From: a virus
Lineage: Duplodnaviria > Caudoviricetes
Reading direction: 5' to 3' (one strand)
DNA length: 64,000 nt
Virus record (IMG/VR): IMGVR_UViG_3300038974_000542
Location: 1-64,000 of that record
The position numbers and the translations under genes were made by a program. Numbering within the stretch: the stretch's first letter is position 1; each line of letters starts with the position of its first letter. The notes beneath the pieces are model-generated. The model made no database searches. It saw only the letters and a program-made list of their open reading frames with translations, and was not told where the DNA came from. Shown here in pieces: positions 40,801 to 49,909 of this stretch.

Positions 40801-43800
40801 TAAAACTTATTACTCAAGTAGATGAGGAATTTGAAGAGCTTTTAAAAGAGTCAAAAGAAATTTTAGAAGAACTTAGTGTAGGATATACTTCTTTAGAAGT
40901 TTTAAAAAGAAAAGGTTTTAGAAGTAAGGACCAACAGATTACTGAACTTTCTCCCTCTGATTATGATACAGCTCTTATAGGATACTTTGGTAACATGGAT
41001 AAGAAGTTATCTGCTACAGAGAAAGGTATACCTTTAAGAATGTCCTATATGACTTCCCCTACATTATCAGATTCTTCCCAGATGTTTTTGATGAAAACTG
41101 TAGTACTGGATTTAAATAGAAGTCATTTTAAAATATCTAACAGTAATATAGATAGTTATAATAATACAGTAGCCGAGATTCTATATGAACAGTTGGTACT
41201 TCCTGAACTTACAAGAATGATTGAAGTTAAGGGTACTGAAAGAGATACTGTTGAAAATCAATTATTCTATGGTGTTCCAGCACTTAATAGTATAACTACT
41301 GCTGATGGAAAGAATATTCTCTATTATATCAGAGAAAATGATTTTGATACTGAGGAGATGTTATCCAAGATTAAAGAAAACTTTGGAGAAGCAATTAATA
41401 ATATTATCAGAAACGTTGTAAAAAATGAAGTAGAAGAAAAACTTAAAATAGATTCTGATGGAAACTTTTCTGGTAATTGGGTAAAGAATGGTTTTATCTA
41501 TAAAGAAAAAGATAAAGTAAAAGTAGAAGTTCTTGATACCAAATATCTTAACAGTAAAAATCCTGATGGTACACCTTTAAGTAAAGTAGAAACAGCTGCT
41601 TGGGAGTATGCTATAAACTATCTTGTTACACAAGCACAGATGCAAGCTTTATTTGCTGGAGATCCTGCCAATTATTCAAAAGCTAAAAGTAGTTTCTTTG
41701 AAAATAAGGATGTTGCAGTACCTAAAACAGAGAATAATACAGCTGAAGAAAAACTGAAAGTTTATATTGGAATTGCAGAAGAGACTTCTATAAATCTCTC
41801 TAAAAGATTAAAGGCTTTAATATCTCCAGGAAACAGGATTGCATACTCTGCAAGTAAACAGTATATTCAGTTAATGTTGCAAGATAGCTCTTCTATATCA
41901 GATGCTTATAAAGAATATTTAAAAGTATGGTATGGAAATATACCTTCTAATGATATGTCTATGGTTGATAGAGCCATTGAATTAAGTGAGAAAAAAAGAG
42001 ATTTTGAAGGAAAACTTAATCCTACAGAAGTAGAAAAAAAAGAATACTTGGCAGATCTTATAGAACTCTCGGATATAAAGAAGGATTTATCAAAGAAATA
42101 TCCTGAGGTATCTGGTTATCTGGAAAACATTGCTACTGATGCCCAAGAATATACTACTTGGAAAGAACATCTTGAAGTGGCTTATAATATGGGAAAAATT
42201 TCTGAAGAAGAGTATAATAATCTTAATAGAAAACTTACAGAGCAGTCAAAAGGAAATATTGAAGGTAATAGACTTTCTTCTGAAGAAAAATTTATATTTC
42301 AACCTATGAAGCCATTACACTCTGGAATGTATTTCAGAGGTATGAATAATGGTAAAACATATCAGGAATTTGTATATGTAAAAACTTCTTCATTTCCATT
42401 AATACCTGAAATGACTAAAGATCTGAAGATAGATAATCTCCGTAAAAATATGGAGAGACTTGAAGAAACTAAAGGTCTTACAGTAAGAGCAGCTTATGAA
42501 TCAGGTATTAAAGTAGGAAAAACCAAGACTTTAGCAAATACAAATCAACTTCTTGATAATGACAATGTTATTATTAGTGATAGTTTTTCTATATTAGATA
42601 GAGAGAATTTCTCTATACAACAAGAGAAACCTTTTAAAACTGATAAACATCTTGCTAATAATGAAAGAGATGAAATTGGTAGAGGTACTCAAATGGAAAA
42701 AATACTTCTATCTAATGGAATTAACAAAATATCAAGAAAGATATTCCCCAATATTTTTGGAAAAGAACTTCTTAGTAGATTAAATATTACTCCCGAAAAT
42801 GATAAAATATCTGGAGAAGATTTATACAAGATATATACAGATCTATCAATTACTGAGCAAAATCTCAAAAAAGACTTTTTCTTAAAATCTTTAGATGTAA
42901 ATGAAAATGACTACCAGATAGGTTCTGTTAGTTCTATGGAAAAACTCCAAGCTGCTCTAAATAAAAGATTAACTAATAGACAGGATAAAGAGATTTTGGA
43001 GCTTAAGTATTTTGTAAAAGATGAAGAAGGAAATGGAAAATACTATACTAAAGATGAAATAGAAGCTTTTAACCTCAAACCAGTATCTGCTGAATTTACA
43101 TTTCCAATCTGGTTATCTCCAAACTCAAGAAAGTTTGAGAGTGTATTAAACTCAATGATTACCAATGAGTTTATTAAACTTAAATTTCCTGGAAATTCTT
43201 CTCCTGTAGCCTCTGCAGAAGGTTTTGTATCTGTTAAAACTATAGAGGAACTTTCTCAAGAAGATGTTAATGGTATTGTATTTACAGACAGTTATAATGG
43301 TAAAGGACTTTTACCAGAAAGAGTTGAATATGGTATTGTAAAGCCAGCTCAAGTTCTTGTTGCTTCTAAGTTTAGAGTAAAAAGAAAAGTAAATGGGGAA
43401 TATATTGAGGAGATAATTGATTTCAATACTCCTGAATACATAAATCCTGAGACTAAAAGAATAGATAACAGTAAACTTCCTCCTGAAGTAAGACAACTGT
43501 TCTCTTTTCGTATTCCTTCTTCTGCACACCAGTCAGGTTCTTTGATTGAAATTGTAGGATTTTTACCACATCATATGGGAGATCTTATGATTGTTCCTAA
43601 AGAACATACAACTAAAATTGGAGAAGATTATGATATTGATGTAAGATATTCCTATAGTGGTAATTATGTAGTTAATGAAGACGGTTCTATAAGATTTCTA
43701 AGTGAAAAAGATGTACCTGTATACCCTAAAGAAGAGCTTGATAGAATATATAATGAATATAGAGATTACAAAGTTTCCTTAATTGAGTATATCAAAAAGA

Positions 43801-46800
43801 ATAGACCTAACAGTCCAAACAAAGAGAATGAAATTAGAAGCGAAATAGCTACTACTCAATTTCTTATTAATATATTGGAAGCTAAAGGTATTGATGAAAA
43901 TTCAGAAGAAATAGAAGCTCTTAATTTAGAACTTAATACTCTTATAGGGAGTCTTAATGAAAATAAAGAAGAGATAACTCCTGAAAGAAGAAAAGAAATT
44001 CAGGGTGAAATCAAAAACCTGCATGATAAGTTTCTTGAGGAGAAGAAATATAAAATTGAAGAGTATCTCAATGCAAGGAAGTTTTTTGGGACCAAACTGG
44101 CATCTATAGAGAATGAACTTATAAATCTTTATAAATCTGTATATTCCTCTACTGATAGTGAAATTCAGAGACTAATAACTACTACTATCAACACGGATAT
44201 GGCTCAAGAGACAGCCAAAATGATAGATACTAAAATTAAATCATCTCAAAAGAAAGACAACTTTACTATATATGGGTACGAACATCAGAAATCTACTCTA
44301 AGACTGGGGGCTTCTGGTAAACTTGGTATAGGGGTACACTCCAATTGGGTTGTATGGAATGGTCTTGTACAACAGTCTGAGAAAGAAATAGCTCTTATAG
44401 ATGATGGAGAACTATTCTCTATGAGAATAGGTAATTTCGTTTCTGATGGTAAACTTGGAAATATATATGCTCTAAGACCTAATTTAGAGAATGTCTCTGA
44501 AGATTATAAAAAGAGATATGAAAGTTTTAAGCCAAGAAGAATTTCTGATATAAATATGGAAAATCAGAATTCTGCTACTGATAATCAGAAGTTACAAATT
44601 ATGGGTAGAAGAAATGAGAACAAATATACTATTAATGTATTTGCTCTTATGAATAATCTTGGATTTGACAAGGATATTGTAGTTGTAAATGGTGAAGAAA
44701 GAGAAATACTTATTCCTTCTCTATTTATAAGTCAACCTATAATTAGAAGATATGTAGAACTTAAAGAACAATACTCTTCAACTTTTGCAGATTTTACAAG
44801 GGATATTGAATCAGTAATTACTGAGCAATTAAGGGTTGAATTCGCAAATAATGTAGAATTTCCTGTAGATCCTCTTACAAAAGAATTAATACCTTTTCTT
44901 GATACAGAGACAATGTCTAAAGTTTCTAAGGAACTTACAGGACAACTCTTATATGATAGTCTTGTGACTCCTTATAGTCAGATAACTCAATGGGCTGTAT
45001 ATCAAAAATTTGTAGAATTACAAGGACATTCAAATAATGTCAATAAGGTAATACAACTTATGAATATTGATAAAGGTCTTGGTGTATCTTATTTTAATAT
45101 TATCTCTAAGAAAAATTCTCTGATAGATGAGATGAACTCTATAAATCTCAATATTAGTAATGTAGAATTTTTATTCGGAGAAACTCCTCCTGAGCCTATT
45201 TATGACAATGAAGAATCTGCTGAAAAGATTAAGGAACTTTTGACACAAAATTATATTAAGATAGGTAAGGATGAAAATACAGGAGAAATCTTCTTAATGA
45301 AACCAAACAGCCCTAATAGTGCTAAATTACTAAATTCTATTTCAATAGGGTACTATTTATGGGGGAATATTTTTCCTTTTGAAAATAAATACTTAAAAGG
45401 TCAAATAGATGAGATCATAGGTGACAGACCTGAGATAGAAAGTACTATGGAGTTGAGATACAATATACTTTCTGCTATGAGAGAGTATATGTACTCTTCA
45501 AATATGTTTAACTTATATGATGGTATTGCTGATATAAATCAAGAGAGGAGGAGACTCTTAATGGATGAAGAGGGTAATGAATCTCTTGCAAGTTATCTTA
45601 TGAGATTAAAGAAATTGTCTACTACAGATGACACATTAAAAAATCTATTCAATAAGCATTTCTTTAGAAACTTAGAGTTTTCTATTAATAAGAAAGAACC
45701 TTCTATTATCAAATATAATGTAAATAGTAATAACTCTTTTAATAAAAATCTCCCACACTCAGAACTACTTCTGATGTCAGATTCCTTGATTGAACTTCCA
45801 GCTTATAATGGAGATGAAAACTACACTTATGAAAAGCTAGTTAAGGATCTTACCAAATATGCTATGCTTACAAATACAGAAAATGGAGCTATAGGATTTA
45901 GAAACTATATTCCAATGGCTGTATTTCAGAAGTATAATTTTGATAGTCAATTACATTATCTTGCAGATTTAAATACTGATAGTGGGAAATATTTTAATAT
46001 GACCTATAATGGTACTTTAAGTACTATTACATCTTTCTTAGGAAATAATGTTATAATAGAAGATGAGTCAGGAACTTATATTGAAGTTCCAGAAAAATTC
46101 TTATCTTCAAAGGAAATATTGGAGGAACTTATAGATAATGTAAATAGTAGCTTTGGATCTGAGAAGAAAGCTGTAGAACTTGACTCAAAGAGGGGTAGAG
46201 TAATTATTAACAGACCCTTAAGTGAAGTTAATAAGAGAAGATTTATAAGACAATTTTATCAACATAATCCTGAGCAAGCTACTAAACTTAGCTATAAAGA
46301 CTTAGGCATTAATAACAGAAATTTAATCAATAGTGTAAGTGAATTTGAATATACTTTCAAGGAGGAGATTCCTAACTATGTTTCAATAAAAGGAATTAAT
46401 GGTGAAGTATTTCTATATGAACTTGTAGAGACAGATATTAATAAGAGTAGCAAATACAGAAGAATTAATAAGTTAGGTGGATTTGGTGTTAATGAGTATA
46501 ATACTAATAGTGATGTTAATATCTCTATGTTTGACTCCAATAATCCAAAAATATCTGAGTTAAAACCTGTAGGTAAGAAGAAAGGGACAATTGGAAGAAA
46601 TGCTATCTTTAATCTCCCTACTACTCCTGAAGCTGCTATTACTATTAATGAAGTAATGACTATATTTGAGAACGCAGAACTTGACATAAACAATAAAGAA
46701 GTAATAACACTTAGTGGATTACTTGCAGATATTCAGAAATTTATAGATCCAAATACTAAAGTATATAAAGGACAATTAGAGAGTGGTTCTCCAGGAGCTT

Positions 46801-49800
46801 ATAACTCTAAGACTAATACAATTATATTAGACACTACACAATTCTCAAAAGATAGAAGAGTTAATGATTTATACAGAGTATTTTCTGAAGAAGTTTTCCA
46901 CTCCATTACAGCGAGAGAAGTAGATAAATATATAGTTGGTAATAATACTACTTTAGAGGTAGGTATTGACAGTGTTGAAGTAAAAGCAGATTATCTTACA
47001 GAAAATACCCCTGCTCATATTACAAAACTTGTGAGATTATATAAGACAGCAGCTGAAGCTTTAATTAAGGAAGAATCTCAGGAGAAAAATATCTCCTGGT
47101 CCCAAGCTTATGAAAATATCATTAAAAGGTATAAGGAAAATCCTACTAATACAGATGCTTATAGAATCTCTAATTTACATGAATTTATGGCGGGTATCTT
47201 TACCGATGATACTTTTAGAAGCAAAATGTCTAAAATTCAATTTAAAGATACTAATACATCTATCCTACAACAATTTGCAGACTTTGTAAGAAGAACTCTT
47301 CAATTTATTAGTGAAAGAATAGAAGGAAATATATCAGAGCAAACTTTGAGTACTGTATATGATTTTATATCTTCTATACATAATAATGTAGCCTCCTCTA
47401 AAGTTAAAACCACAAAAACTTTTGATGAAATGAGGAAGACAGATAATAAAGCTAAAGCTCTTGTTTCAGATCTTAAGAAGCCACTAACTTCAAGTTTATA
47501 TAGTAAATTATATAAGTCTGATAGGATTAAGTCTTTATCCCCTACCAATATAGTTTCTATACTAAATAAGAATAATAGAGAGGTTATTGCTCCTGAAGGT
47601 ATAATAACTGCAACTATTATAAATTCTGAAAGACATTTTGGAAATCCTTTTACCCCAAATCAAAGTACAAAAGATAAAAATCCTGGGATGGTTAAAGTGA
47701 AAGATACTCAGGAAGCGACTGAGAAATATATGAATTGGGTATTAAATGGAGGTCTTCCACAATTTGAAAACAGAAGACAGTGGATGCTTGAGCAATTTAA
47801 ATCTGGAAACTTAAAAGGTAAACCAATACTTGTAAATCAAGGAAGTGAGGATATATCCTACAATAATGCTATTGATTACTTCATTAATGAACACCAATGG
47901 AAACAAACTCAAAAACCCGTAGAAAAAATTCAAACTCAAACTAAATCTAATATTAAATTTGAAGAAGGAAATATTCTTGATTTATTCAAAGTGGAAACTC
48001 AGAATGAAACTATAAACATTTATGCAGGTACTAATGAAAATGCTGAGTTAAGTAATTTCGCAATAAGACCTTTTACAGTTAATGTAGAAACACCTTCTGG
48101 TGAAAAACAATACACTTTTCAAAGTGTAGAACAAGGGTTTCATTTTTACAAAGCTTTAGTAGCTAATAATCCACAAGTAGCTAAACAAATATTAGCAACT
48201 ACTAACGGAGGACAATTAAAAAGATTAACTAGAAGTAATCTTAAAATGACTCCTGAACAAGTTAAAGAGTGGGATGATACATCTAAAAGCATCATGTTAA
48301 ATCTAATGTATGAATCCTATGCTCAAAATCCAAAAGCTGCTTCAAAATTGTTGGCTACTGGCAATGCTAAAATAACTCACACACAAGATAACACAAGATG
48401 GAAAACAGATTTCCCTGAAGTTGTTATGACTGTAAGAGATATGTTGAGAGAAGAAGGTTTTGGTAATAACAATACTACTAAATTTGAAGAAGATCAATCT
48501 ACTGGCTATAAACAGAGAACAATTAAAAATGCTTCTGCTGATGCTACCATAGCTATTGCAGTTGATTTTAATAGTGCTGGAGAAATTCTTACTAAAAACT
48601 CTGTATTAAATCAAGGTAAAGTTTATATGCCTATAGATGGTAATAGACTTGAAGTTACAAAAGAAAGAGTAGATAAAATTGTTAATGCTCTTAACTCTAT
48701 AGGTAAAGATGAAATATCTCTTAATATAGCTGGTAATGGGATATATACTATGAGAGATAAATATACTCAAGAGCAAGTTGATAAATTTACCTATGATTTA
48801 CTTAAGGCTATTGTTGAGTCTTCTGATTTAAAAGTGAAAATTTCATCTATAAGAACTGGTGGACAAACAGGATTTGATGAGGCTGGTGCTAAAGCTGGTA
48901 TAAAATTAGGAATACCTGTTACTGTCTTAGCTCCCAAAGGTTGGAAATTTAGAGATATAAATGGAAAAGATATTTCAAATGAAAAACTTTTCAAAGAAAG
49001 ATTTAATAATGAGAACCAAAATGTTAAAGAACAGGGGAATGAAATAAAATCTACAGAAAAAAATGAAGATCCTAACAGAAATATTACAGGAAAGTCTAAA
49101 TTTAACTTTGCTCCAAAAGAAATTAAAAAAGAAGTTTTAGAACTGTTTGATTCCAATCCTAAGTTGGCTAATCAAGTATATAAAAAGTTTTTAGGGATTG
49201 ACCATGATTTTTCAATGGATTCATTTATGCCTAAAAAACATTGGAAAATAGGACATATTATAGACAACCCGACGGAAGCTGCAAATATATGTGATAATAC
49301 TCAAATAAAAGTATTAAATTATATTTTAAATAAATATGGCAAACCTTCAGAGAGAGGAACGTTTTATGCAAATCCTGTAACTATTTGGACAAAATCACCT
49401 ATAAATGATAAACAAATTTTTCATCATACAGTTGCTGTAAGATTAGAAGATGGTGTTTATTTATATGATATGCCACAATCTGAATTTATAGAATACATTT
49501 CAGAAAATGTAGGTAGAGTAATAAAAGAGTACTCTCCAAGATTAATAAAATATACACCTGAAAATTTAAAAAAATATTATGGAACTTCTGAAGAAAATCT
49601 ACATAAACAAGACTCTGTTATATTAACAGATGATTTAAAAATTATTCCTATTCAGGTAACTCCACAGCAAAAACAACAAGCAGTACAAAGTTATTCTGAA
49701 TATGTAGAACAAACAGGTAAGCGAGATATTGAAGGATTTAGACAGTTTGTAGATAAAACAATTCAAAAAAATCAAATAGAAAATAAAAAAGACATAGGTA

Positions 49801-49898
49801 AAGAAAATAATTATGTATCTGCTCCAAGAGAAATAAACTTAGATTTTAGTATCTTTACAGAATTAAAAGATGATATTTTTTCAAATTGTAGAAATTAA
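34848..49898 (+). CDS. Giant virion RNA polymerase polyprotein with accessory C-terminal domains
   Basis: Catalytic GEDYDID (DYDID at 43626-43640) preceded by FRIPSS...GFLP...GDLMIVP; crAss-like phages are known to package such two-barrel RNAPs. Confidence 0.92.
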   Translation: MIEKDGLKNYLQSLKSSEDNYKALERSKDVQDFIQQTDEATLETLGMPVKTGDMSKRYAKYSNIISPFIPQSEMEKQADILQGTGESWRNAVIGFGANTAAGFLDALGATVSPDKISNMFLGNTEKDFTNSLSRTANSIREWSNENIPIYNGNESMWTSAYWANQFSQLGTTAGIIGEGFVEQGVLALTTGGFGNVVGAGATATKVAKLLNRVKALNTANKVNRAGNYTFGMYQGVKEAYINGLENLNNVYQNYLQKGYSDEEARRVASEAASRSFKYEIGPVMFLNALQWGSIGSRYNPYSRKAVGGGISGFTESVFTKLAPKTTSKGVKKATDWAGNILSEGVEEGFQTAVQGISQYQADKERNLTKGTPLSDYIFTKELRDSVIGGMIGGGMFKALGSVRRGIIDGKDRKADERFIETFIDTTAERTKENLKKLDAAVKSGDTKAAEAIKKQMGFDNIEAALLFDYMKNDEKMTAYNAQVDQLKEISRIIKEGDIRGLELLELRNEKDENGENTFAYLRDNIDRMISDAELQKENHIKNLQLQMDLTGVENYDLAERTTRLQMMQNENNRTLEKRKESLDSLFNIERNATNNEDILEYKKLQSLVTAYNSTTTKFSNPEIQKEVTEAKERIETLERDNPSFMFDEKEYENKQLIDVQSDILKIREANFEINKDIKQLTTNQGINEYRRDQIRQSILDYDQINSTTKLNSIKETLQKDEEINKYFSKKEIEKISKGIDNRISKLQSIEKAQAAEKLRKNNEVIKTKTKPIITPEGKLNTEVVTDDKIQKEVQINIDKIDKIRNNTSVGIVEDARSLIENSKDIPEDSFVLFQEQEENIFFEAPREFNDRNSIVRGNMKKGATNFLKRNKDATLKDYITAFINTPGVEVGDVEALYYYIADGYYEAKDQRYSDNREEVEEVYRDIFEPFNALQLIQDNINLVPETKPTPSEQVEIEKKIDTTIVEKQIEKAQPVKVDKNGRNIYYIGPKIAVPAIKVPFPGNPYNVVYNKTKSGSTEVLFIRDKEAETKEVLSGAAGLEATKRAFMMNPFLAKAGVPIQVYIPPLQELLDDSKGFIVSTWTRKGKDGPLEKGTESFSIWYNREKEKFEKENPGKEFIGSDKFLEKVPIFSYVEINGERVQIGSAIHETAWWNELNVADFRNSEDLKAALNSPNEEEREIANLTAKSRQQAVINEGREQTLEVRRIIWNNTNKEDWNDGIGTLVKMKIKEVTDGFSLKIDPKEPKRKIREANNDLRLGIILVDSNKSISVAYDSKNGKERYIPQKYIYNPSVLSGDYVGYAVSLIPYAIHEDGKPMYLVQLVDTGYTNAQETLKYLYDTRGKIRQLNQDYQTARARNNIPAMQKLEKQLKDIMTVAGFSEEKINTYFKLEDKDARYKILRDNLLRFYPKETEQGNLKTSFEKDNISGDIANIVVFDEQGNPKVYKPNPESQESSYVQMLKETIYTQNDYIEIRDLRKEDPNATIKIANAQPRVHLVFDEEVTTEKLEFKRKELEQRQQEEAEEKKEENLVATSEEIIQDSPKFELTPERKYTIVNHLFNKILQSFKEDKTSRKNIAIETRRAIETHLSDLKETNPDLYNGILENKGEILGLGEYRDKSLTVREALLNHFNMETLEEMDDVDLDTESVLEKDHSKIAQEYDVKTSLSSKIKRVFSGIPVNDKNRRGEYIEGITEYMELDDVFSALQDLLSDVPNDFTVLKERVRERIKLNPEEFEFLSYIQDILENIDPQLQHEVLFRLNQTKNRMYFIYSKENKGNYVLQVLDANSRHPFIFTKNTILEQFKNSDIVENLGNGEYSLNKERAQEFINIANLISKSGNIGYETIRNFFATVGIYVEESTLEAMDKNDPGAFRNIVKNLTEQLKKNVIALKDYTKPLNFDEKVENVVLRENNNYLNNFIGEIIKFTFNVDQSMYVGGKIINSFSQPNFFTEQLRKISSLKGSDLSQNNKHLINKLLNNGYTKNNLLVKLITQVDEEFEELLKESKEILEELSVGYTSLEVLKRKGFRSKDQQITELSPSDYDTALIGYFGNMDKKLSATEKGIPLRMSYMTSPTLSDSSQMFLMKTVVLDLNRSHFKISNSNIDSYNNTVAEILYEQLVLPELTRMIEVKGTERDTVENQLFYGVPALNSITTADGKNILYYIRENDFDTEEMLSKIKENFGEAINNIIRNVVKNEVEEKLKIDSDGNFSGNWVKNGFIYKEKDKVKVEVLDTKYLNSKNPDGTPLSKVETAAWEYAINYLVTQAQMQALFAGDPANYSKAKSSFFENKDVAVPKTENNTAEEKLKVYIGIAEETSINLSKRLKALISPGNRIAYSASKQYIQLMLQDSSSISDAYKEYLKVWYGNIPSNDMSMVDRAIELSEKKRDFEGKLNPTEVEKKEYLADLIELSDIKKDLSKKYPEVSGYLENIATDAQEYTTWKEHLEVAYNMGKISEEEYNNLNRKLTEQSKGNIEGNRLSSEEKFIFQPMKPLHSGMYFRGMNNGKTYQEFVYVKTSSFPLIPEMTKDLKIDNLRKNMERLEETKGLTVRAAYESGIKVGKTKTLANTNQLLDNDNVIISDSFSILDRENFSIQQEKPFKTDKHLANNERDEIGRGTQMEKILLSNGINKISRKIFPNIFGKELLSRLNITPENDKISGEDLYKIYTDLSITEQNLKKDFFLKSLDVNENDYQIGSVSSMEKLQAALNKRLTNRQDKEILELKYFVKDEEGNGKYYTKDEIEAFNLKPVSAEFTFPIWLSPNSRKFESVLNSMITNEFIKLKFPGNSSPVASAEGFVSVKTIEELSQEDVNGIVFTDSYNGKGLLPERVEYGIVKPAQVLVASKFRVKRKVNGEYIEEIIDFNTPEYINPETKRIDNSKLPPEVRQLFSFRIPSSAHQSGSLIEIVGFLPHHMGDLMIVPKEHTTKIGEDYDIDVRYSYSGNYVVNEDGSIRFLSEKDVPVYPKEELDRIYNEYRDYKVSLIEYIKKNRPNSPNKENEIRSEIATTQFLINILEAKGIDENSEEIEALNLELNTLIGSLNENKEEITPERRKEIQGEIKNLHDKFLEEKKYKIEEYLNARKFFGTKLASIENELINLYKSVYSSTDSEIQRLITTTINTDMAQETAKMIDTKIKSSQKKDNFTIYGYEHQKSTLRLGASGKLGIGVHSNWVVWNGLVQQSEKEIALIDDGELFSMRIGNFVSDGKLGNIYALRPNLENVSEDYKKRYESFKPRRISDINMENQNSATDNQKLQIMGRRNENKYTINVFALMNNLGFDKDIVVVNGEEREILIPSLFISQPIIRRYVELKEQYSSTFADFTRDIESVITEQLRVEFANNVEFPVDPLTKELIPFLDTETMSKVSKELTGQLLYDSLVTPYSQITQWAVYQKFVELQGHSNNVNKVIQLMNIDKGLGVSYFNIISKKNSLIDEMNSINLNISNVEFLFGETPPEPIYDNEESAEKIKELLTQNYIKIGKDENTGEIFLMKPNSPNSAKLLNSISIGYYLWGNIFPFENKYLKGQIDEIIGDRPEIESTMELRYNILSAMREYMYSSNMFNLYDGIADINQERRRLLMDEEGNESLASYLMRLKKLSTTDDTLKNLFNKHFFRNLEFSINKKEPSIIKYNVNSNNSFNKNLPHSELLLMSDSLIELPAYNGDENYTYEKLVKDLTKYAMLTNTENGAIGFRNYIPMAVFQKYNFDSQLHYLADLNTDSGKYFNMTYNGTLSTITSFLGNNVIIEDESGTYIEVPEKFLSSKEILEELIDNVNSSFGSEKKAVELDSKRGRVIINRPLSEVNKRRFIRQFYQHNPEQATKLSYKDLGINNRNLINSVSEFEYTFKEEIPNYVSIKGINGEVFLYELVETDINKSSKYRRINKLGGFGVNEYNTNSDVNISMFDSNNPKISELKPVGKKKGTIGRNAIFNLPTTPEAAITINEVMTIFENAELDINNKEVITLSGLLADIQKFIDPNTKVYKGQLESGSPGAYNSKTNTIILDTTQFSKDRRVNDLYRVFSEEVFHSITAREVDKYIVGNNTTLEVGIDSVEVKADYLTENTPAHITKLVRLYKTAAEALIKEESQEKNISWSQAYENIIKRYKENPTNTDAYRISNLHEFMAGIFTDDTFRSKMSKIQFKDTNTSILQQFADFVRRTLQFISERIEGNISEQTLSTVYDFISSIHNNVASSKVKTTKTFDEMRKTDNKAKALVSDLKKPLTSSLYSKLYKSDRIKSLSPTNIVSILNKNNREVIAPEGIITATIINSERHFGNPFTPNQSTKDKNPGMVKVKDTQEATEKYMNWVLNGGLPQFENRRQWMLEQFKSGNLKGKPILVNQGSEDISYNNAIDYFINEHQWKQTQKPVEKIQTQTKSNIKFEEGNILDLFKVETQNETINIYAGTNENAELSNFAIRPFTVNVETPSGEKQYTFQSVEQGFHFYKALVANNPQVAKQILATTNGGQLKRLTRSNLKMTPEQVKEWDDTSKSIMLNLMYESYAQNPKAASKLLATGNAKITHTQDNTRWKTDFPEVVMTVRDMLREEGFGNNNTTKFEEDQSTGYKQRTIKNASADATIAIAVDFNSAGEILTKNSVLNQGKVYMPIDGNRLEVTKERVDKIVNALNSIGKDEISLNIAGNGIYTMRDKYTQEQVDKFTYDLLKAIVESSDLKVKISSIRTGGQTGFDEAGAKAGIKLGIPVTVLAPKGWKFRDINGKDISNEKLFKERFNNENQNVKEQGNEIKSTEKNEDPNRNITGKSKFNFAPKEIKKEVLELFDSNPKLANQVYKKFLGIDHDFSMDSFMPKKHWKIGHIIDNPTEAANICDNTQIKVLNYILNKYGKPSERGTFYANPVTIWTKSPINDKQIFHHTVAVRLEDGVYLYDMPQSEFIEYISENVGRVIKEYSPRLIKYTPENLKKYYGTSEENLHKQDSVILTDDLKIIPIQVTPQQKQQAVQSYSEYVEQTGKRDIEGFRQFVDKTIQKNQIENKKDIGKENNYVSAPREINLDFSIFTELKDDIFSNCRN

Positions 49899-49909
49899 AT
49901 ATAAATAAT

